Positions 1 through 10,406 of a stretch of 64,000 nt of DNA are shown here, in pieces (position 1 is the first letter of the stretch; each line of letters opens with the position of its first letter). The position numbers were made by a program, and so were the translations under genes. This stretch comes from an uncultured Planctomycetaceae bacterium (GTDB lineage Bacteria; Planctomycetota; Planctomycetia; Planctomycetales; Planctomycetaceae). Below the pieces are notes generated by a model that did no database searches, was not told where the DNA came from, and was given only the letters and a program-made list of their open reading frames with translations. Location of the stretch: NCBI GenBank assembly GCA_963815195.1, contig CAWFGE010000007.1:192001-256000 (forward strand), in the 5' to 3' direction.

Positions 1-719
1 GCTGCTCTTCGATCGTGTGCTCGACGAGGCGCTGCTGGTTCTCTTCCACCGCGAAGGCTTTAATCACGCGAATCCCGCTGAAGCAGCTTTCCAGCGAATC
101 GTTGAGTTCGGAAATCGATTGCTGCACGGCTTCGTAGCGCTGATGCAGCCGATCCCCGGTCACCACGAACAAGGCGACCAGAATGGGTAAAGGCGTGGCG
201 GTATAAAACGTGAGCGCCGGGTTGATGACCAGCATCATCGCGACGCCGAACAGAATCAGCAGCGCCGCCTCGACGACGCGAAACACCCCCGAGCACAAGA
301 ACCAGGAAATTTTCTCAGTCACATCGTCGTTCAGCCGGGTGACCACGTCCCCGGTGCGGAACTTGGAAAAAAACAAAGGCCCGAGCCGCAGCACATATTC
401 AAATGCGCGCAGGCGGACGCCAAATTCAAACCGCATATTCAAAAGGGCCCGGCGGTATTGCATCACCGCGTAGATAAAGAAGTGCAGAATCCCCACGCCC
501 ATTAAAAACCCGACCTGCCGCCACAGAAAGCCCGGCGTGAGCGACTCCTGAATCCCATCGATAATCCGCTTGAGCAAAAACGGATAGGCGACGAGGACCG
601 CGGCATTCGCGACCGAGAGCCCGAGCAACAACGGCACCTCCCCGCGGTAAACCGCCCAATGCTCCAGAATCCACCGCAACCGTTCGCGGAACGTCAAAGT
701 CTGCCGCGGAGGTTGTCAT
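1..719 (-). CDS. ABC transporter permease/ATP-binding protein, N-terminal transmembrane part; runs off the window's left edge
   Basis: Minus frame not in the ORF track reads LTFRERLRWILEHWAVYRGEVPLLLGLSVANAAVLVAYPFLLKRIIDGIQ, typical of an ABC exporter TM domain. Start is either TTG at 697 or ATG at 719 with a 1-nt slip. Confidence 0.75.
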
Positions 720-753
720 GGTCTTTAACCCTTCGATGGTCTTTAACCCTTCA
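718..753. repeat. 18-bp tandem duplication ATGGTCTTTAACCCTTC(G/A)
   Basis: Copies at 718-735 and 736-753, between the upstream gene's stop and the ABC start. Confidence 0.9.
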
Positions 754-2653
754 ATTGACGAAGCGGTACACTCGCAGGCGGTGCTTCCAGAGAATCTGCG
801 GCGTGCCCACGGGCGTCAACTCGATCGCGTGGGACTCTCCCGCCTCGTCCGTCGCGCGGAGCGTCGGAGCCCGCGTGTCCCGGTCGTTCCAATCCACGAT
901 GAGTTCCACCCCGCGCGGCTTCCCGCTTTCGGCCGCGCCCTTCGTGAGCCGCTCGTCCCACCACGATTCCACTTCGAGCGATTCCGCTCCGGGCCACAGG
1001 GACGTCAGCACGTACCGCAGCATCAAGGGACTCCGGTCCGGTGCCACGATGATCCAGCGATCGACCGGCGATTGCCCGGCGAGTTCGCTGCGGAGCGCGG
1101 CGAGGGCCCGATCGTCCGGCGTGGATTCGCGGACGCCGAAGGACCCGATCAAGCCATGCGCCACGACCAACAGCGCGATCGCCACATCAAGAAAAATCCG
1201 CTGGCGAAGGTCGTCGGCTTTGAGCGTCCGCCACAGCAGCCAACCCATCCCCCCGCCGGCCAAAACCAGGAACAACAGCGTCCACAACAGCGACAAGACG
1301 GGATGGATCTCCGGCTGCGAAAACGCGCGGAGCAGCGGACCCGCCGAGGACCAAAGCGCCGGCGACTTTCATGCCCGCCATCCCGAAGCCGACCTCCACG
1401 GGCGCGGCGATCAGCACGAAAACCGTGATGCCGAGGGCCGTCAACACGCTGGCATAACCCAGCCGCCGGATGCCGATCTGCTCGATGGCGAGCGCCGCCA
1501 GCATCGTGGCCGGCACGAGACAGAAGCCTCGCCAGACCACGGTGAAGGCGTCCGAACGGTGCGGCCCCACCCGCAGGCTCAGCCACACGATCCCCGCGCA
1601 CGCGCCCCAGCCCAGCATCAGCACCAACGACCGCCGTTGCGATTTCGCCGCCGGCTGCCTCAACAGCCAAATCCCGGCCCCGGCGCCCAGAAACATCAAT
1701 CCGCAAATCGCTCCCGTCATCTGCGACAGGTCCCACAAAATCTCCCAGCCCCAGCCCGCATCCGGCGCGGCGGGCACCGGCAGCGAAGCCGATCCGACAA
1801 ACCAACTGCTCAAGAACGGCCAGCCGTGCCGGGCGAACATCCAGACTTCCCACCACCCGCCGACGACGAACCCGATCAGACACAAAATGCCCAGCGACCC
1901 GAGCGCGGGCCGGCTTTTCCAGGACTTGCGGGCCGCGGCGCTTTCGACTTTGAGCGAAGGTTTGAGCTCCGGCCGTTGCACCAACACATACAGAAGCAAG
2001 ATCGCAACAAGCACCACGGCCACCGGACCGCCCGCCAAGAGGCACAAGCCCCACGCGACGCCCGCCCCGCCCAGCGGCCAGGAAGAGGGACGCTTCGATT
2101 CCTGGCAGTGCACCGCGAAGCCCCAGCACGCCGCCACCGCAAACGCCAGCGTCAGCGACACGGGAGCCGGCGTCTGCGCGCCCTGCAGAATCGGCCCGCC
2201 GAACGCCGTCAGCAAGGTCGCCCACCACGCGAACTGCGGGCCGCGGAGCCGATCGCAAAACCCGAACATCAATCCGATCAAGACCGCCGTCGCCAGGTAC
2301 GACGTCAGCACCAACGCCAAGGGATGATCCGTCCCCGTCAACGACATCACCCCCGCCCGCAGCCAACTCGACAAAGGCGGCTGCCACTTGAGAGGCACCT
2401 CGACCGCCCCGGTGATCGTCGAAGGATCGAGCCAGCCCGTCGCCGAGTCCGCCGTCGTCATCGCGACCGCTTTCAGTCCCCACAGCGCATCGAGTGGCGT
2501 GAGCGTGCGGTTCATCAACACATAAAGCGGAGGCAAAAGCGCCAGAAGCGCAATCAAAGGCGACATCGCCTCCGCCCGGTTCAACAGCGGAAACAGCGAC
2601 TTCTTAGGCGATACAGACAACTCCAAAAGTTGCCGATCCTCAACAAACGCCAA
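751..2653 (-). CDS. ArnT/PMT-like (GT39/GT83, GT-C fold) membrane glycosyltransferase, frameshifted near 1290
   Basis: ORF 1187..2653 is multi-TM with PLKWQPPLSSWL and GVAWGLCLLAGGP motifs and continues in ORF 751..1296. RBS GAGGGAG lies before the TTG at 2653. Confidence 0.7.
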
Positions 2654-2677
2654 TCTCGATCTCCCTCTGAGGTTTAT

Positions 2678-3359
2678 TTTTTAACGCAAAGGTGCAAAGA
2701 GGGGCAAAGGATCGCAAAGAGTCGAATCTTGCAAGAGCACGCCTTGAATCTTTTCATGTCCCTTAACCAAAGCGGTGACGGTTTTATGCAATCCATAGGG
2801 GTGTACGATCGCCTCATTTTTCATTTGCATCGAATAACTCAGACGTCCACTGGATTGGTCCATTCAATAGGCCGCTTTCTAGCCAACCACGAACTGTTTC
2901 AAAGGCTGCTTTGCGCATCACCACGTATTTCCGCGAGAAGGGGTAATTTTGATCGTAGAATGCCTCGAAGCACCCAATCGCATGACGATCTCCCAAACTC
3001 GTCAGTTGCTCGCCAACAAGTGAGCCGGGATAGTACATCAGGACGCATTCGGTCTCGTCCAGGAAGGCCGTGATCGTCTCAATCTCATCTGCCTGCCGCG
3101 TGTCAATCATTTCCTCAAGGGACACAACCACTGCTTCGACGCGGTTCCTTTCTCGGCGCAGCCTGTCTGCGGAATTGCACAAGATTCGGATCGAATCCTC
3201 GACCGATCTTGGAGAGATTCTGTAGAAGCCATCGCTGGCCTGGAAAGAGATGATGTGCGTGCGCATTTCAGCCGAAAAAAAGTGGACATCCCATGTGCGA
3301 CGTGGTCAATAAGAATCCTTTGCGTTCCTTTGCCCCTCTTTGCTCCTTTGCGTTAAAAA
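2678..3359. mobile_element. Cassette bounded by 42-bp inverted repeats of GCAAAG-periodic units, carrying one gene
   Basis: 2678-2719 TTTTTAACGCAAAGGTGCAAAGAGGGGCAAAGGATCGCAAAG matches the reverse complement of 3318-3359 at 40/42 positions. Confidence 0.75.
2814..3266 (-). CDS. Hypothetical protein, Imm1-like immunity protein candidate
   Basis: 150 aa and visibly AT-richer than the flanks. The C-terminus YVVMRKAAFETVRGWLESGLLNGPIQW resembles the Imm1-family ending (a..av..F..tG..p..v.W). Confidence 0.5.
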   Translation of the reverse strand: MRTHIISFQASDGFYRISPRSVEDSIRILCNSADRLRRERNRVEAVVVSLEEMIDTRQADEIETITAFLDETECVLMYYPGSLVGEQLTSLGDRHAIGCFEAFYDQNYPFSRKYVVMRKAAFETVRGWLESGLLNGPIQWTSELFDANEK

Positions 3360-3363
3360 CCAA

Positions 3364-4334
3364 TCATTTCGATGAGCTTTTCTTCCACGCGATCACGTCA
3401 TCCAAAATTTGCCCCAAGGTCATGCTCGGTTTGCTGCCTAGAGTTTGCTCGAGCCGGTCCAAACACGGCACCCGGCGGCGGACGTCTTCGAAATCCTCGC
3501 CGTAGGCTTTGTTGTACGGCAGATATTCGATTTTGAGCTCCGGGTTCACGCGGGCGATGACTTCCTCGGCCAGCCGGCGAATCGTCACCGCCTGGTCGCT
3601 GCCGATGTTATACACTTGCCCGTTCGCGGCCGGGGTGTCCATCAGGCGGACCACGCAATCGACCACTTCGCGGACGTGGGCAAAGCAGCGGACCTGCTCT
3701 CCATCATCATAAACCACCACGGGGCCGCCTGCGAGGGCTTGATCGACGAACCGCGGAATGACCATCCCATAATGCCCGACCTGCCGAGGTCCCACCACGT
3801 TGAAAAACCGCCCGACCACCGCCTGGACGCCGAACTTCCGATGATAAGCGAGCACAAAAACTCATCGATGGCCTTCGAGCACCCGTAAGCCCACCGCGGC
3901 CGGGAGGTCGGTCCCAGGTGCAGATCGTCCTCTTCGGTCCACTCTTCCTTGGGGTTCTTGCCGTAAACTTCGCTGGTGGACGCGAGGAACACCCGCTGCT
4001 TGCCCTGGGCCGCCATCTGCAGGAGCATCTCGGTGGGATAGATGTTCGTCTCGATCGTCCGTACCGGATCGTCCGCCACCAGCTTCACGCCCACCGCGGC
4101 GGCGAGATGATAGACCACATCGATCCCCGGCATCACCAGCCCCAAAGCCACGTTGTCGGTAATCGACCCCGATTGAAACGACAGCCGGGGATGCGATTGG
4201 GCCTCCGCCAAATTCTCCCGCCGGCCCGTGGAGAGATCATCGAGCACGACAACGTCATGCCCCATCTCCAACAGCCGCTCGACAAGATGGCTCCCAATAA
4301 ACCCCGCCCCCCCGGTCACCAAACACCGCGCCAT
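3364..4334 (-). CDS. NAD-dependent nucleotide-sugar epimerase/dehydratase (extended SDR), frameshifted near 3855
   Basis: [16 protein letters not shown]ossmann motif, STSEVYG and YGCSK catalytic motifs; continues as [10 protein letters not shown] in ORF 3364..3855. Confidence 0.9.
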
Positions 4335-4490
4335 AAAACACCATCCCAAACTCAGCACCCCAAAAAAAACGCACGCCAGCAAACGCGCTCGAGAGTAGTG
4401 AATCCGCAAACGAAACAACAGGCCCGCGGGTCGTGAATCGCACACTCGCGAGGGGTGGAATCTAGCGAGCAGCGAAACGAAAAATTGTTC

Positions 4491-5348
4491 TCAGAAAGTG
4501 AGCAACAGTCGGTCGGTTACCACTTCACTTTCCAGGGTTCGTCCGTTCATTTGAAAGCGTTTGAGCATGGATCGGCCGCAATTCAGGAAAACCTCTCTCT
4601 CAAAAAGTCCGTCGGGAATGGGAATTTCGCAGAGGTGGTCTCCCGATTTTTTGGTGCCATCAATGCTCAGAGCCACCATCACGCCGCGATCCTTGCACTC
4701 CGCGATGACCTCTAGGAGGTGCTGCAATTGGAACGATTGGGCACCGTAGAGGATCCCCTGGCTCTGGGAATACGGCGGATCGCAATAGACCACGTCGCCC
4801 GCTTCCGCCATGCCCATGGCCTCGTCGTAACTAAAGAGCTGAAATTCCGTTCCTTGAGTTCGTCGCGACCATTCGTCAACTCGGTTGCTGAAGGACTTCG
4901 GGGGAATTGGCTTGTGCGGACCGCAGGGGGTGGACATGTATCCGTCCGCCTTGCGGAATCGAACCACCCCTCCGTAACAAGACCGGCACAAAAAGAGCAA
5001 ATCGGCACCATTGGGGTTCGCATTGTAGGCCGCTTTGATGCGTTCGTATTCTTCGACTTTGTCGCCACTCGCCACGGCATTCCATCGTTTCGCATACCAC
5101 TCCTTAAGCAAATCGGAGTCGCGGTGTAACGTTTGCCAGATTTCGACCAAAGGCGGAAACGCGTCGGAGGCCAACGCCCGCTTGGGAGCCAACGTCGCAA
5201 GAACGCCCCCGCTGCCCAGGAAGGGTTCAAAATAGCGGCCGAAGTTTTGAGGAAAAAAAGACGCGATTTCGTGTGCAAACCTCTGTTTGTTGCCGATCCA
5301 TTTCAGCAACTGGAGTTTAAATGGCTTCACGCACCAGGCCATCGGCAT
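4491..5348 (-). CDS. DNA adenine methyltransferase, Dam/D12-like
   Basis: LKWIGNK, YFEPFLGSGGV (motif I) and VYCDPPY (motif IV). Start uncertain (5348, 5342 or 5330). Confidence 0.92.
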   Translation of the reverse strand: MPMAWCVKPFKLQLLKWIGNKQRFAHEIASFFPQNFGRYFEPFLGSGGVLATLAPKRALASDAFPPLVEIWQTLHRDSDLLKEWYAKRWNAVASGDKVEEYERIKAAYNANPNGADLLFLCRSCYGGVVRFRKADGYMSTPCGPHKPIPPKSFSNRVDEWSRRTQGTEFQLFSYDEAMGMAEAGDVVYCDPPYSQSQGILYGAQSFQLQHLLEVIAECKDRGVMVALSIDGTKKSGDHLCEIPIPDGLFEREVFLNCGRSMLKRFQMNGRTLESEVVTDRLLLTF

Positions 5349-5415
5349 CAAAGAGTTCGAGTTGCATTGGTTTCCCGTCAAGTGGATAAATTCTTTCATC
5401 CGAACGTCCACACGA

Positions 5416-5438
5416 CAATATCCGAATTTGGGATATTG
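5416..5438. promoter_or_regulatory. Candidate C-protein operator CAATATCC-N7-GGATATTG
   Basis: Perfect 8-bp inverted repeat 24 bp upstream of the HTH gene, in the divergent M/C spacer. Confidence 0.55.
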
Positions 5439-5462
5439 GTCAACCACCCGCACACTCCGGCA

Positions 5463-5711
5463 ATGGAAAAAAGCATTTTCACATCCCGAAGCGAGAAATT
5501 ACAATCCCTCCTCCGTGAGATTCGGGTAGGAGCGGGGTTGCGCCAATTTGATCTCGCGGAGCGATTAGGGCAGCCCCAGTCATTCGTGAGCAAATACGAA
5601 CTCGGCGAACGACGTCTCGATCTCCCGGAACTCCAACAGATTTGCGAAGCTTGCGGTACCTCCCTCGTCGAGTTTGTCCGGCGGTACGAGGAGGCGACCC
5701 ATGCAGCCTGA
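5463..5711 (+). CDS. XRE-family HTH controller (C) protein of the R-M system
   Basis: MEKSIFT...LREIRVGAGLRQFDLAERLGQPQSFVSKYELGERRLD; overlaps the start of the next gene by 11 nt. Confidence 0.88.
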   Translation: MEKSIFTSRSEKLQSLLREIRVGAGLRQFDLAERLGQPQSFVSKYELGERRLDLPELQQICEACGTSLVEFVRRYEEATHAA

Positions 5712-6579
5712 CACGAGGTTTCTCAAACAGCCAAGATACTTTTGGGCCAATGTTCGCAGCATCAGCCAAAAGTTTGGATACACCGAACGGGCGAAAAAGG
5801 GAGAGCCGAAAACGAACGGGCACATCAAGGTGCCTTCGATACAGCAAATGGCTGAAGTGATGACCACGCTCGGACTGGGCCGCGAGCATCTTGTTAGCAA
5901 AGGAAAATCCACAGAATTGGCAAAACAACTCCTTGCGTATTTTCAGCATCGAGCCGAAGCCTTGAACAACTACGTTCAGCCGCGGTTGATGGATAAAGAC
6001 AGAGCTTCGAAGGTTTTTAACAATTTGAGGAGGCGATTGAAACCGTCTTGTCCGATTCCCATGAACAAACAGAAAGGCGAGAAGAAGGCTGAGGCGTTCT
6101 TCACTGGTATTATCAACATGCTTATCGAGTCGAACGCCAAGGGGATGCCCTGCGACTACAATCCCAGGGAATTGACGACGGTGACTCTCAACGGAGTACC
6201 GCTGCGAACGCTCGCCCGTTGGGTGGACGGAGCATTTCCCAGTCCGGTGAATCCGATCGCGGTTTGGGAAATAAAGGAATACTATTACACCACAACGTTT
6301 GGCAGCCGCGTTGCGGACGGCGTTTATGAAACTCTTCTTGATGGAATGGAACTAGAGGAGCTTCGAGAACACGAGCAAATCGACGTCAAACATTATCTCA
6401 TGGTGGATGATCGATATACTTGGTGGGATTGCGGGCGATCCTATTTGTGCCGAATTATTGACATGCTTCACATGGGATATGTTGATGAGGTGCTTTTTGG
6501 GTATGAGGTTGTCGAACGCTTGCCGAAGATCGCGAAGGAATGGGTTTCCTTGGCGAAGAAGCGCAGCGACCTGGTGTAG
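5701..6579 (+). CDS. Probable type II restriction endonuclease, PD-(D/E)xK-like
   Basis: VDGAFP...WEIKEY putative catalytic motif; coupled to the C gene and adjacent to an MTase; visibly lower GC than the flanks. Confidence 0.7.
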   Translation: MQPDTRFLKQPRYFWANVRSISQKFGYTERAKKGEPKTNGHIKVPSIQQMAEVMTTLGLGREHLVSKGKSTELAKQLLAYFQHRAEALNNYVQPRLMDKDRASKVFNNLRRRLKPSCPIPMNKQKGEKKAEAFFTGIINMLIESNAKGMPCDYNPRELTTVTLNGVPLRTLARWVDGAFPSPVNPIAVWEIKEYYYTTTFGSRVADGVYETLLDGMELEELREHEQIDVKHYLMVDDRYTWWDCGRSYLCRIIDMLHMGYVDEVLFGYEVVERLPKIAKEWVSLAKKRSDLV

Positions 6580-6597
6580 TGTGTGATCAATGGTGGA

Positions 6598-6623
6598 TTT
6601 CACCTCCCGGTGGGAAGGTGAAA
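6598..6623. terminator. Stem-loop between convergent genes
   Basis: TTTCACCTCCC-GGT-GGGAAGGTGAAA. Confidence 0.4.
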
Positions 6624-6728
6624 CAGCGCTGACAACGAATTCTTTCACACCGTCGTCGTTCCCCCTGTTTAGCCGGAAGAACCATTTTCAGGCCCTTTGC
6701 TGCGAGTAGACACGCGAAAATCCGGGCG

Positions 6729-8426
6729 TTAGCGCGACGGCTTCTCGGCCACGGCGGGCGCAGGCAAGGGCGGCCGGGCAGTGGGGGTTTGGGGGTTCGG
6801 TTCGGCCGGCTTGGTTGCGGGGGCGTCGGCTGTCTCCGGACGGGCCCAAGCTCGCTGGAGGAACGCGGCCGCCTCCGATTCCGGCGACGCGGTTTTGATC
6901 GGCTGGAGCACTTCGAGCGCTTTGGGCACTGCTCGAGTTGGGCGAGGCAACGGGCCAAGAGCATCCGGCAATGATCGGTGTGCCGGCCGTCCAAGAACTG
7001 TTCCGCCTTGGCGAGGTACGTCTCAAACTGCCGGGCGGCTCCCGGGACGTTGTCCTTTTCCATGTGGCAAACGCCCGCCCAAAACAGGGCGTCCTCGGCG
7101 GCCTCGGCATACATCGTCCGCACCGCCGGCGGCAACGGGGCGGCGGCCGGAATGTTTTTGTAGTCCAACTGGACCCGCAAATACCCCTGGACCGCCTCGT
7201 CCCGCCGGCCCATCAGTTGTTGGGTCCGGGTTTTGAGTTCGAGTTGAGTCGGCACCTGAAACGGCGCCCAACGCTCTTGGAGCCGGCCCGGGTCGAGGTC
7301 GTCAAATCCCTTCAGGCGGTTTTCAGGATGCGGCCAGACGCCGATGCTCTCCCGCGTCCACTGCGGACCGACGACCGCAGCCACCCGGTTCACGACGGAC
7401 GTCGTTTCCCGTGAAGCGGCCATCAGATTCTCGGAAATCACCAGGGAGGATTTCCCAGTCAAAAAGCGTTCGAGCCGAGCCATCCGCGGCGCCCACAGCT
7501 CGGAATTGCCGATGATCTCGATCCGCACTTTCTGAAACAGCGGCGGGAACTTTCGAGCGTCTTCACCCGCGAGAGCGTCCCAGACGTTGGCTTGGGAGAG
7601 ATCGGCAATTGTCGCGGGGATCGTTCTGTCCGGGGCCGCTTGACGGTTTTGCGGAACCGGAGTGGACCGCAGCGGATCGAACAGACGGACGTCCTCATTG
7701 ATGATCGCCCCCACAAACCAAGGCGACGACTCCCCGGCCGATTGCGGGCGGACGATCACCGCATCGAGCTTGAGACTGCCTGAGCAGCCCGGCGAAGATC
7801 CAGGCGCGGTCCGCCGCCGTGCCTTCGCCGAAGACGAGCATTTCATAAGGCGTCAGCGGCAGGGCGTTTTCGTCGGCGACGAGCTGCACGTTCCGCGTCA
7901 CATAATCGAACAAAACGCCCGCCCGCTCCAAATCATTGTCGAGACCCTGCGTCACATCATCGACGATCGCCTTCATCAAGAGGCTCGTGCGAATATGCCC
8001 CACGTCCCGCTGCGTGAATTGATCGCCCTCGGCTTCTTTCAAGGCCTCGGCGGACAGGCGGGTCTCGAGGTATTTTCTCGCCTCCTCGGACAGCCGCGGA
8101 CTGAATCGAGCGTTCTTGGAGCCGTTCTCGGATGTTTGAACCTGGGCCAGCCGCCATTGGTTGAGCACGCTCGCAGCGCGTTCCGGCGGGGAGTCGATCC
8201 CCAACCGCTCGGGCTGCATCATGTTCATGGCGACATCGAGCAAATCCAATCCGCTCGCTGGAGCCCCAGACCCGTCGCCTCCATTGGACGACGCGGTTTT
8301 GGAATCGGAGGAATTGCACCCATAAAACCCGGCGAGCACGACGGCCAAAAGGATCAAAAGAAACACGGACACCCGCATCCAACGCATCGGCGACGCGGGA
8401 CGTTCTGGAGAAGACTCATCAAACAT
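6729..8426 (-). CDS. Membrane-anchored or lipoprotein with transglutaminase-like and C-terminal TPR-like region; frameshifts near 7770 and 6935
   Basis: Hydrophobic N-terminus ending LAGFYGC, then FDYVTRNV and LPLTPYEMLVFGEGTAADRAWIFAGLLRQ; continues in ORFs 6587..7846 (DALFWAGVCHMEKDNVPGAARQFETYL) and 6729..6971. Confidence 0.6.
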
Positions 8427-8504
8427 TGGGGAGACACCTGAGATAAAGATATGATTTCGGAAAACGGATCGCCATTTTAAGTATACCGCGATCGTCATGG
8501 CGGT

Positions 8505-8555
8505 GAAGATGGGGGATCGTGATTGATCAAACGCCATCCTCGATCTTCCATTTTC
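8505..8555. repeat. Imperfect hairpin of 7-mer-periodic units
   Basis: GAAGATGGGGGATCGTGATTG ... CCATCCTCGATCTTCCATTTTC, just downstream of kdsA. Confidence 0.55.
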
Positions 8556-8562
8556 CATCATC

Positions 8563-9402
8563 TCACGTCAGCCAGGAATTGACCAGGGTTCGGAGGGCGA
8601 TCAGTTGCTCGAGCAGCCGGGGAACTTCGTCCAGGCGGACCATGTTGGGGCCGTCGCTTTTGGCTTCGTCGGGATTGGGATGCGTCTCGAAGAACACCGC
8701 ATCGCTGCCCGCGGCAACCGCGGCCCGCGCCAGAATCGGCACCATCTCCCGCTGCCCGCCCGTGGTGCTGCCGCCGGGCAGTTGCACGCTGTGCGTGGCA
8801 TCGAACACCACCGGCACGCCCAAGGACTTCATAATCGGAATCGCCCGCATGTCGTTCACCAGCCGCCCGTAGCCAAATGTCGTCCCCCGTTCGGTCAAAA
8901 GGATGTTCGGATTGCCGGCCTCTTCGCATTTGCGGACGACATGCACCATGTCCTCCGGCGCGACGAACTGCGGCTTCTTCACGTTGACCACGCCTTGCCG
9001 TTTCGCGGTGGCCTCGGCGGCGGCTTGGATCAAATCCGTCTGCCGGGCCAGAAACGCCGGGATTTGCAAAATGTCGCAAACCTCCGCCGCGGGTTCGCAC
9101 TGGTGCGGCTCGTGTACGTCGGTCGTCACGGCGAGGCCCGTCGCTTCGCGGGCTTTGGCGAGAATCTCCAAGCCACGCTCCAAACCCGGCCCGCGAAAAC
9201 TTTTGAGGCTCGTGCGGTTGGCTTTGTCAAAACTCGATTTGAACACCAACGAGACCCCCGCCTCGGCCGCGATGTCCGCCAACCGCTGGGAGACCTCGAG
9301 AATGAGCGATTCGCTCTCAATCACACAAGGCCCGGCAATCACCAACAACGGCCGGCCCGTCCCGCAAGCCATCCCCCGCACGCTCACCGGATTGTTCGGC
9401 AT
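8563..9402 (-). CDS. kdsA: 3-deoxy-8-phosphooctulonate (KDO8P) synthase
   Basis: [51 protein letters not shown] and [13 protein letters not shown] motifs. Confidence 0.97.
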   Translation of the reverse strand: MPNNPVSVRGMACGTGRPLLVIAGPCVIESESLILEVSQRLADIAAEAGVSLVFKSSFDKANRTSLKSFRGPGLERGLEILAKAREATGLAVTTDVHEPHQCEPAAEVCDILQIPAFLARQTDLIQAAAEATAKRQGVVNVKKPQFVAPEDMVHVVRKCEEAGNPNILLTERGTTFGYGRLVNDMRAIPIMKSLGVPVVFDATHSVQLPGGSTTGGQREMVPILARAAVAAGSDAVFFETHPNPDEAKSDGPNMVRLDEVPRLLEQLIALRTLVNSWLT

Positions 9403-9458
9403 GTCACACTCCCTTTCCACATCGCTTCAAAAGCTCCAAATCGAACCGCGTTCCGTAC

Positions 9459-9487
9459 GAGGATAGAGGATAGAGAATCGAGGATAG
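9459..9487 (+). repeat. 7-mer tandem array (GAGGATA-like x4)
   Basis: GAGGATA GAGGATA GAGAATC GAGGATA G upstream of kdsA. Confidence 0.8.
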
Positions 9488-9524
9488 AAAAACGATAGCG
9501 AACCGCCTCGCGTTCTTCCTGTCC

Positions 9525-10406
9525 TCAGGCCAAAGGCGGAACGAGAAGTTGGAAACCCTGCGGCTGCACCTGGATGACGGCCGGCGTAAACCCGGCGGGG
9601 TCGCCGTCGACTTGCGCGGGGACTTCCACATCGCATTCCACACGAATCCGCTTCGCCCGCAGGCGTTGAACCAGGTCGCCCGTTTCGTGCCGGCCGCAGA
9701 CGACGCCCGCAAAATGCCGGGCGAACTCGAGCCGGGATTTCGGCGGAAACAACCGCACATCGAGCAGCCCGTCGGTGGGATCCGCGGAGCGGGCGATCGG
9801 CAGGCGAAATCCATAGACCGGCATGTTGACGACAAACCCTAAGGACGCCAACCGCGGCTCGGGGTCGTCATCAATATAAAACCGCATCTCGGGGTAGTTA
9901 TAATTCCAGAACGCCTGCCACAGCGGGCGGGCGTAGGACCAATGGCGGATGTGGCCTTGGCGGGCGCTGTCCACGAGCCGCACCACCTCCGCATCGAAGC
10001 CGAAGCCGGCCATCAGCGTAAACCGCCGCTCGCCCATGGTGCACAAGTCGAAGCTCTTCGCCTGCCCGGCGGCGATCATGTCGGCCACGAACTGCCCGGA
10101 CCGGCGAATGCCCAGATACCTGGCGAGCAGGTTCTCGGTCCCCAAAGGCAAAACCGCGATGGGATACCGGGGGCAGCGGTTGATCAAATCCCCGACCGTG
10201 CCATCGCCTCCCGCCGCGACGATGCAGCGGGGCGGGTCGTCGGGATCGAGCACCCGCAGCCGTTCGTCGCAGCGCTCGCGTTTGGAAAACAACATCGGCC
10301 GCAGCCCGTGCCGTTTCAGCCCGGCAATGAGGTCCAAAAGAATCCTCGCGCGCGGCCCCGACCCCGAACGCGGATTCCGCTGAATGGCCACCCAGGGTCG
10401 CTTCAT
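9525..10406 (-). CDS. Diacylglycerol/lipid kinase family (YegS/DgkB-like)
   Basis: NPRSGSG, AAGGDGTV, LPLGTENLLA, GFGFDAEV and QVDGD motifs. Confidence 0.92.
   Translation of the reverse strand: MKRPWVAIQRNPRSGSGPRARILLDLIAGLKRHGLRPMLFSKRERCDERLRVLDPDDPPRCIVAAGGDGTVGDLINRCPRYPIAVLPLGTENLLARYLGIRRSGQFVADMIAAGQAKSFDLCTMGERRFTLMAGFGFDAEVVRLVDSARQGHIRHWSYARPLWQAFWNYNYPEMRFYIDDDPEPRLASLGFVVNMPVYGFRLPIARSADPTDGLLDVRLFPPKSRLEFARHFAGVVCGRHETGDLVQRLRAKRIRVECDVEVPAQVDGDPAGFTPAVIQVQPQGFQLLVPPLA

Noticed and set aside
659..3073. 804-aa plus-strand ORF and many other long overlapping ORFs
   Set aside because: Arg/Pro/Gly-rich antisense or off-frame shadows of real genes in high-GC DNA, with no recognisable motifs.
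3840..3870. Programmed frameshifting or phase variation at split genes
   Set aside because: Breaks affect unrelated genes with no shared slippery signal; sequencing error is more parsimonious.
4434..6590. Short inverted match ATCGCACACT / AGTGTGTGAT flanking the R-M cassette
   Set aside because: Only 10 bp with a mismatch and no target duplication; compatible with chance.
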